From an uncultured Methanosarcinales archaeon (GTDB lineage: Archaea > Nanobdellota > Nanobdellia > Woesearchaeales > JABMPP01), in the NCBI GenBank assembly GCA_964604995.1, contig CAZSAD010000016.1, positions 1-34,358 on the forward strand: a stretch of 34,358 bases of DNA, read 5' to 3'. The position numbers and the translations under genes were made by a program. Each line of letters starts with the position of its first letter. The stretch's first letter is position 1. Under the pieces are notes generated by a model. It did not search any database. It was not told where the DNA came from and worked only from the letters and a program-made list of their open reading frames with translations. This document shows, piece after piece, positions 29,409 through 34,358 of this stretch.

Positions 29409-30143
29409 TCATAAAACATTTTGTTTCTCAATAAATTCCATTATTTCTACTACAAGTTCAGTTTGTGCATAGCTATAATGATGATCTGCACCTTTAAATA
29501 TTTTAATTTTTGAGCCTTTTATCATTTTTTTTAATTCCATACTTTTGGCTATTGGGACAAGTTTATCTTTATCTCCTTGAATTATCAAGACTGGTGCAGA
29601 TATTTTTTTAGCAGCTGTATAACTATCATGGGAACTATAGTCTCTGAAAAATTTAATACTAAAATGGGCCTTCTTTTTTAGTGTTAATTTATTGACGGCA
29701 TTTAATTCGAATAATACATATAAAGCACTTTTGAATATTTCAATTATATTATAGTGTGTTGGTGGACTAATCAATAACAAAAAACTAAATTGTTCACTTG
29801 ATGCAACCATAATACCTCCAACTGCGCCGAAACTTGATCCAATAAATCCAACATAATCATATCCTCTTTTTTCAAGTTCATGCTTAGCACATAAAATATC
29901 ATCAATTGTTTCAGTTAATGTTAAATCATCAAATTCTCCCTCACTTTCTCCATGTCCTAAAAGATCCATTCTAAATGTTGCAATCCCAGAAATATTTATC
30001 TTATCTTGTAATATATTAAAAGGAAGACTATCTTTATTGCTTCCAAGCCCATGGCACATTAATATTATGGTGTCAGATTTTACATTTGATAGGGTTCCAC
30101 AGAGTTTTTGTCCATGAGAATTTTCATAATAAATATTTTCCAT
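29409..30143 (-). CDS. Alpha/beta hydrolase
   Basis: CHGLGS, GHGESEG, nucleophile GSSFG, QGDKDKLVP, GADH. Confidence 0.92.
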   Translation of the reverse strand: MENIYYENSHGQKLCGTLSNVKSDTIILMCHGLGSNKDSLPFNILQDKINISGIATFRMDLLGHGESEGEFDDLTLTETIDDILCAKHELEKRGYDYVGFIGSSFGAVGGIMVASSEQFSFLLLISPPTHYNIIEIFKSALYVLFELNAVNKLTLKKKAHFSIKFFRDYSSHDSYTAAKKISAPVLIIQGDKDKLVPIAKSMELKKMIKGSKIKIFKGADHHYSYAQTELVVEIMEFIEKQNVL

Positions 30144-30414
30144 CAATAAATAAGGATTTGTAGGTTTAAATATGCGTGGTTAATAAATTAAACAATTTGA
30201 ATCAATTATACAAAGAAAAATTGGTGTTTTTAAAATTTAGTAGTTCCATTCAAATCAGTTTAAGGATAATAGCCTTACCCAGAATCATGGATTTTTATAT
30301 CAATAATTCAAGGTGACCTTAATAATAAATCCTAATTCTTCATGTTTTATAGTTTAACTTGTGTTTTAATGTTTTTTTACGCACTTTTTTATACACTCTG
30401 AAGTTTCTTGAATT

Positions 30415-30756
30415 ATGAAACGCTTAGAACTACGAGATAAAATTTTATTTGAATTTACAAAATTAAATATTCCTATGAGTAGGACGGGCGCATCAGATCT
30501 TACCGAAATTGAAGGAATTGAAGATACGATAATAACTCCGGACAATTTACCCATAAATACGCAAACCAGGCCTGAGTGTTTAAAGTATGATCCATATACC
30601 GCTAAAGGATTATATCATTTTAAATATCCTGAAAAAAAAGAAATGCAGAACTATTTACGTTTCTGGATAGAAATACCTGATTCAATAGTGCCAAGTATTT
30701 CGGCAACCACATGTGTTAGTCTAATACGGTATTGTACATTGAAACAAAAACCTTAA
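30415..30756 (+). CDS. Hypothetical protein (113 aa)
   Basis: ORF with ATG; no motif recognised. Confidence 0.6.
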   Translation: MKRLELRDKILFEFTKLNIPMSRTGASDLTEIEGIEDTIITPDNLPINTQTRPECLKYDPYTAKGLYHFKYPEKKEMQNYLRFWIEIPDSIVPSISATTCVSLIRYCTLKQKP

Positions 30757-30860
30757 TGCGCTTAGAAACTATACTATTACCCTCGTCGGATGTTAGCATC
30801 ATGTAAGTGGTAATAGCCCCGCCCATAAATTTTATCCTCACGTGAAGTGTGCAGTGACTA

Positions 30861-30974
30861 TCATTTAGAGTCGATAAGATGTTGCAATTTTTCTATAACT
30901 TCTTCAATAGAATTGCATTGAAACTTAATTAATAAGCGGATTTTTTCTTTTTGTAAAAACTTGGATTCTTCCAT
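30861..30974 (-). CDS. Possible small protein (37 aa) MEESKFLQKEKIRLLIKFQCNSIEEVIEKLQHLIDSK
   Basis: Read by hand; ATG 30974 to TGA 30861, with TATATAA about 25-30 nt upstream on the minus strand. Confidence 0.45.
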   Translation of the reverse strand: MEESKFLQKEKIRLLIKFQCNSIEEVIEKLQHLIDSK

Positions 30975-31075
30975 ATATTCGTTAAGTTTCTCTTAAATTA
31001 TATAGAAATGTCGGAGACCGTATAACGTAAAGTATAAATACTTGAAGTAGCATTATAATAATATTACGATTTAAA

Positions 31076-32593
31076 ATGTTTAAGCTAATAAAAAAATTAA
31101 CCGATATCAATAAAACCGGTCTTAAAAAAATTAACAATAAATATGGTTTATCTGATTATTTTAAGGCACAGGTCTATGAACAAATACTCTTATCTTTTTC
31201 TGGCACAAAAATTCTTCAATGTCAATGCGGGAATTTAATCCTTGCTCATGTAGGTATGACTATTGCGCGAATAACTTGTCCAATTTGTCATCCTGAGAGT
31301 ACGCCATCGCATATACATGTCGATCCAAATCTGGCGCATAGAGTAAATGAAATAAAAACTATTTTAACATCTAGTCATACAAACAGAAAAAAGCTAATTA
31401 ATAATGCATCTGGTCTTTTTCCGTTAGGTTCAACTATTGATATTAGATTGGGATTTGCAAAATTTATGTTTTATTATAAAAAAGATAAATTTACTTATCA
31501 ACAAAAAATATCTCATAAATTAGTAGATATTTTTAATTCTAATTTGAACTTGCAAAATGCACGATCGCCGCAACTTAAAAGAGATTATACTAAATTCATA
31601 AAAGTCTTAGATGATAAGATTACTAATATTAGAACAAGAGAAATAGAAAAAGTCATAGAAAATGCTAGAAATTTCGATTCCAGATTATTAAATCCACGCA
31701 AAAAGATAATGAGCATAAATTTTGAAAATGAACGATTAAATTTATTTTCATGGTATATGAGTACCTACTCTGATTATTTTGAATTATCTGAATTTTTGAA
31801 TATGTTTTATATATGCGCAGGGTTTGAAAATAGAAACTTTTTCTATTCGGATGTCGGTTCTAGAGTAAATACACTCTTATCAAATAATACTATCGCCAAA
31901 GATATAAAATACATTGTAAAACAAGGATATGATGCTAGATTAAGAAATGCTCGGCAACATACAAGTTTTACAATAAATTTTGAAAGAAGATTAATTTACA
32001 AGAAAAGAGATGGGCAAAAACCAGCTATAAATATTTCTTTTAATACTTTTTTTAAGAAATATTCGTACATGTCTNNNNNNNNNNCTTTTACGATGTTTAC
32101 TGAAAATCTATTTTATCAAAAATTTATAAAAAAAGAAAAAATACAAGACTACGGCTTTTCAGGACCATTTTCATTAAAACAAAACACTACGATTAATGGA
32201 AAATTTGGAAACAGTTTGAATATATATCAGTATTATTTTTTTCAGTATGAAGCAATTACTAAAAAATATACTCCCATTATTCCTGATTTTATCAATATAA
32301 TATTAAATGGCAATGGGTTTGATATCGGTATTGGTGCATATGAAATAAATTTCACCAATTCTGAATTATATCAGGTAGCAGAAATGATTAATAATAAAAT
32401 AATTACATTATTTATCTATATTATTGCACCACTATTACCTACTTTTAATAAAATTTCTAAATATGCTTTTTTATTATATGATCAACCTGTAAATTATATT
32501 CATACGATTGTGTGTAATTATTCTCTAAGAAAAAAAGAAAAAAACAAATTTTATTTTATTCCTATTGGAAAACCAGAAATAATCACTCAATAG
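31076..32593 (+). CDS. Hypothetical protein with a Zn ribbon and an RxxxxH (HEPN-like) motif; spans a 10-N gap
   Basis: CQC...CPIC near the N-terminus; RLRNARQH at about 31937-31960; same frame open on both sides of gap 32075-32084. Confidence 0.65.
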   Translation: MFKLIKKLTDINKTGLKKINNKYGLSDYFKAQVYEQILLSFSGTKILQCQCGNLILAHVGMTIARITCPICHPESTPSHIHVDPNLAHRVNEIKTILTSSHTNRKKLINNASGLFPLGSTIDIRLGFAKFMFYYKKDKFTYQQKISHKLVDIFNSNLNLQNARSPQLKRDYTKFIKVLDDKITNIRTREIEKVIENARNFDSRLLNPRKKIMSINFENERLNLFSWYMSTYSDYFELSEFLNMFYICAGFENRNFFYSDVGSRVNTLLSNNTIAKDIKYIVKQGYDARLRNARQHTSFTINFERRLIYKKRDGQKPAINISFNTFFKKYSYMSXXXXFTMFTENLFYQKFIKKEKIQDYGFSGPFSLKQNTTINGKFGNSLNIYQYYFFQYEAITKKYTPIIPDFINIILNGNGFDIGIGAYEINFTNSELYQVAEMINNKIITLFIYIIAPLLPTFNKISKYAFLLYDQPVNYIHTIVCNYSLRKKEKNKFYFIPIGKPEIITQ

Positions 32594-32764
32594 CTTGTTT
32601 TACGAACTTTTGTATTACATTCTCCTACATCCTTATTTAAATCATCATAACCTTTTCTTTTATGTGTCACTTTATTAGTGACTCTTTGTCGTCTCGAAAA
32701 TATCCTTTCCTCTACGACTCTATTTAAATATAAGTTAAGACATGTGATGTGACGGTGATGCCAT

Positions 32765-33982
32765 ATGACGAGATTTGACCCGTATAATCATGAAGGTGCG
32801 TATAATTCTTGGAAGAGAAAAGGCTGTCTAATTGATGGCGTAAAAGAGCCTAGCGCCCGTCTTATTCGCGATTTAATCGCAGATATGGAGATAGGTGCTA
32901 ATATTAACCCTTCCTCAAAAAAGGGCGCACGTTCGTTTGGACGATTGCGTAATTTAAAGGCTAAAATGCATACGATGACATTATTATTGCAACAAGAATA
33001 TAATATTGATTCTTTAACCGATTTAGAAAATCAAGATATGAAAGTTTTAATATTTTTCAAAAATATGCGTGAAGGAAAATATAAATCAAGAAGAATTGAA
33101 GGCGAGGTTTTGAAAGCTGTTGGTACATATGCTAGAGCTTTTAAAACATTTTGGCATTGGCATCAGAGACGTGAAAGAAAGAACGGTCGAGACGTCAGAG
33201 ATATCACAATAGATTTAGATGCAACCAGTGTGAAGCCAAAATTTAATTATTTAACAATTGAAGAAGTTAAGCAAATGTGCGATATAGCAAAATACGATTA
33301 TAGAGTATTAATGATGTTTCTATTTGATTCAGGAATACGTGCACCAACTGAATTAATGAATGTTAAAGTTTCAGATCTAGATTGGAACCCTAGACTAAAC
33401 TATTATACATTAACAATCAGACAGGAGACTTCTAAAACCTTTGGTCGTAAAATTAAATTATTATTATGTTCGGAGGTTTTAAGAGATTATCTTAATCGAG
33501 AAAAACTACCGTCAGACTCGTATATTTTTAAGAAGATACCTCAATCGGCAAATCAATACATAAAAACTCTAGGATATAGGGTATTAGGACGAGGAGTAAT
33601 GACGCCAAGAACATACAGCAACAAAAAATATGATACAATAGTTGATGGATTGAGTATGTATGATTTTAGACATTCAAGCGCATGTTATTGGCTACCACGA
33701 TACAAATCAGAATCAGCGCTAAAATATCGTTTTGGATGGAAGAAAAGCGATATGATATTTTATTACACCGAACTATTAGGAATGAGCGATAACATAGAAT
33801 CAGAAGACTTGTATATCGACATTAGTAAAACTGAATTAGAGCACCAAATCAACAAGGATAGAACAGAAATAGAATTATTAAGAGATGAAATAACAAACCA
33901 AGACGCAAAAATGAAAGAAATACTACAAATAGTAAAAGCGCTGGAACTAGAAAAATTATTAGAAGTAAAAACTATAACATAA
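32765..33982 (+). CDS. Tyrosine recombinase/integrase
   Basis: DSGIRAPTEL (R), SKT (K), YDFRHS (HxxR position), RFGW, YY (catalytic Tyr); C-terminal coiled coil; GGTGA SD and TTTAAATA box upstream. Confidence 0.9.
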   Translation: MTRFDPYNHEGAYNSWKRKGCLIDGVKEPSARLIRDLIADMEIGANINPSSKKGARSFGRLRNLKAKMHTMTLLLQQEYNIDSLTDLENQDMKVLIFFKNMREGKYKSRRIEGEVLKAVGTYARAFKTFWHWHQRRERKNGRDVRDITIDLDATSVKPKFNYLTIEEVKQMCDIAKYDYRVLMMFLFDSGIRAPTELMNVKVSDLDWNPRLNYYTLTIRQETSKTFGRKIKLLLCSEVLRDYLNREKLPSDSYIFKKIPQSANQYIKTLGYRVLGRGVMTPRTYSNKKYDTIVDGLSMYDFRHSSACYWLPRYKSESALKYRFGWKKSDMIFYYTELLGMSDNIESEDLYIDISKTELEHQINKDRTEIELLRDEITNQDAKMKEILQIVKALELEKLLEVKTIT

Positions 33983-33998
33983 TCGCGGGGGTGATTTT

Positions 33999-34358
33999 AT
34001 GGATGAGTATAATAAATTTTTATTAAAAATAGGAGTCCATACCACAATAATAATTATCATCGTGGTTGTTTCTTATCAAACCTATATTTTATTGAAATCG
34101 TTACCATTATCGCCCGCATATATCTTACTCGGAATAATTGCACTAACGGGGTGTCTATATTATGCTTATAAAATATGCGAACAAATATTCGAATACCGTA
34201 GACAACACGAATGGCACCCTAACGACAAACTCGTAAAACAATTCTACGAAACAATCAGACCAGGAGGAACAATAACGCCTAAAAAGATAAAAGTTGCGCC
34301 AGATGTAGAACCAATAACAGAACTAATAAGCGTAGACATAGACTTAGATCTTGATAAG
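33999..34358 (+). CDS. Hypothetical membrane protein, partial (runs off the right edge)
   Basis: GGGGTGA SD, then MDEYNKFLLKIGVHTTIIIIIVVVSY...; two hydrophobic segments; 120 codons without a stop. Confidence 0.75.
   Translation, partial: MDEYNKFLLKIGVHTTIIIIIVVVSYQTYILLKSLPLSPAYILLGIIALTGCLYYAYKICEQIFEYRRQHEWHPNDKLVKQFYETIRPGGTITPKKIKVAPDVEPITELISVDIDLDLDK

Larger units (their letters stand above)
30400..34358. mobile_element. Probable integrative/accessory island; boundaries not determined
   Basis: Integrase plus orphan ORFs; visibly more CG dinucleotides and CGN Arg codons than the AGA-dominated backbone (qualitative); no att site found. Confidence 0.5.

Noticed and set aside
1522..30554. 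Short antisense or overlapping ORFs in the track (e.g. 2340-2756, 12471-12842, 22784-23095, 30366-30554)
   Set aside because: They overlap better-supported genes, mostly on the opposite strand, and show no motifs; shadow ORFs.
32666..32719. GTCAC/GTGAC and GTCGT/ACGAC words upstream of the integrase resembling the hairpin-2 stems of the mini-elements
   Set aside because: Only 5-6 bp matches, in a different arrangement; not distinguishable from chance.

Overview
Low-GC prokaryotic window. TATA-like boxes, GGTGA/GGAGG ribosome-binding sites and many apparently leaderless genes suggest an archaeon, probably DPANN/Woesearchaeota-like (inference, no marker gene present). The backbone is housekeeping: purH-rdgB-purN, SPFH protein, HAD phosphatase, RbgA-like GTPase, MazG-like protein, nitroreductase, uvrB-uvrA-uvrC, mntP, cystathionine beta-synthase plus gamma-lyase, J-domain protein, two radical SAM enzymes and an alpha/beta hydrolase. 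The right end (about 30.4 kb onward) looks like an accessory island with a possible HEPN protein and a tyrosine integrase. Two signals stand out. (1) A tiny non-coding element with a shared two-hairpin core forms tandem arrays at the 3' ends of two unrelated genes (118-bp unit at purH, 96-bp unit at a small Zn-finger gene). Each unit carries a copy of the host gene's last codons, and at purH the variants fit an attL/attP/attR integration pattern. (2) The cysteine-synthesis operon is preceded by a leaderless polycysteine peptide (ending TCCCFC) and by a second SD-led Cys-containing uORF that overlaps the enzyme start in another frame. Four N-gaps (1850-1949, 13892-13901, 17963-18062, 32075-32084) limit certainty.
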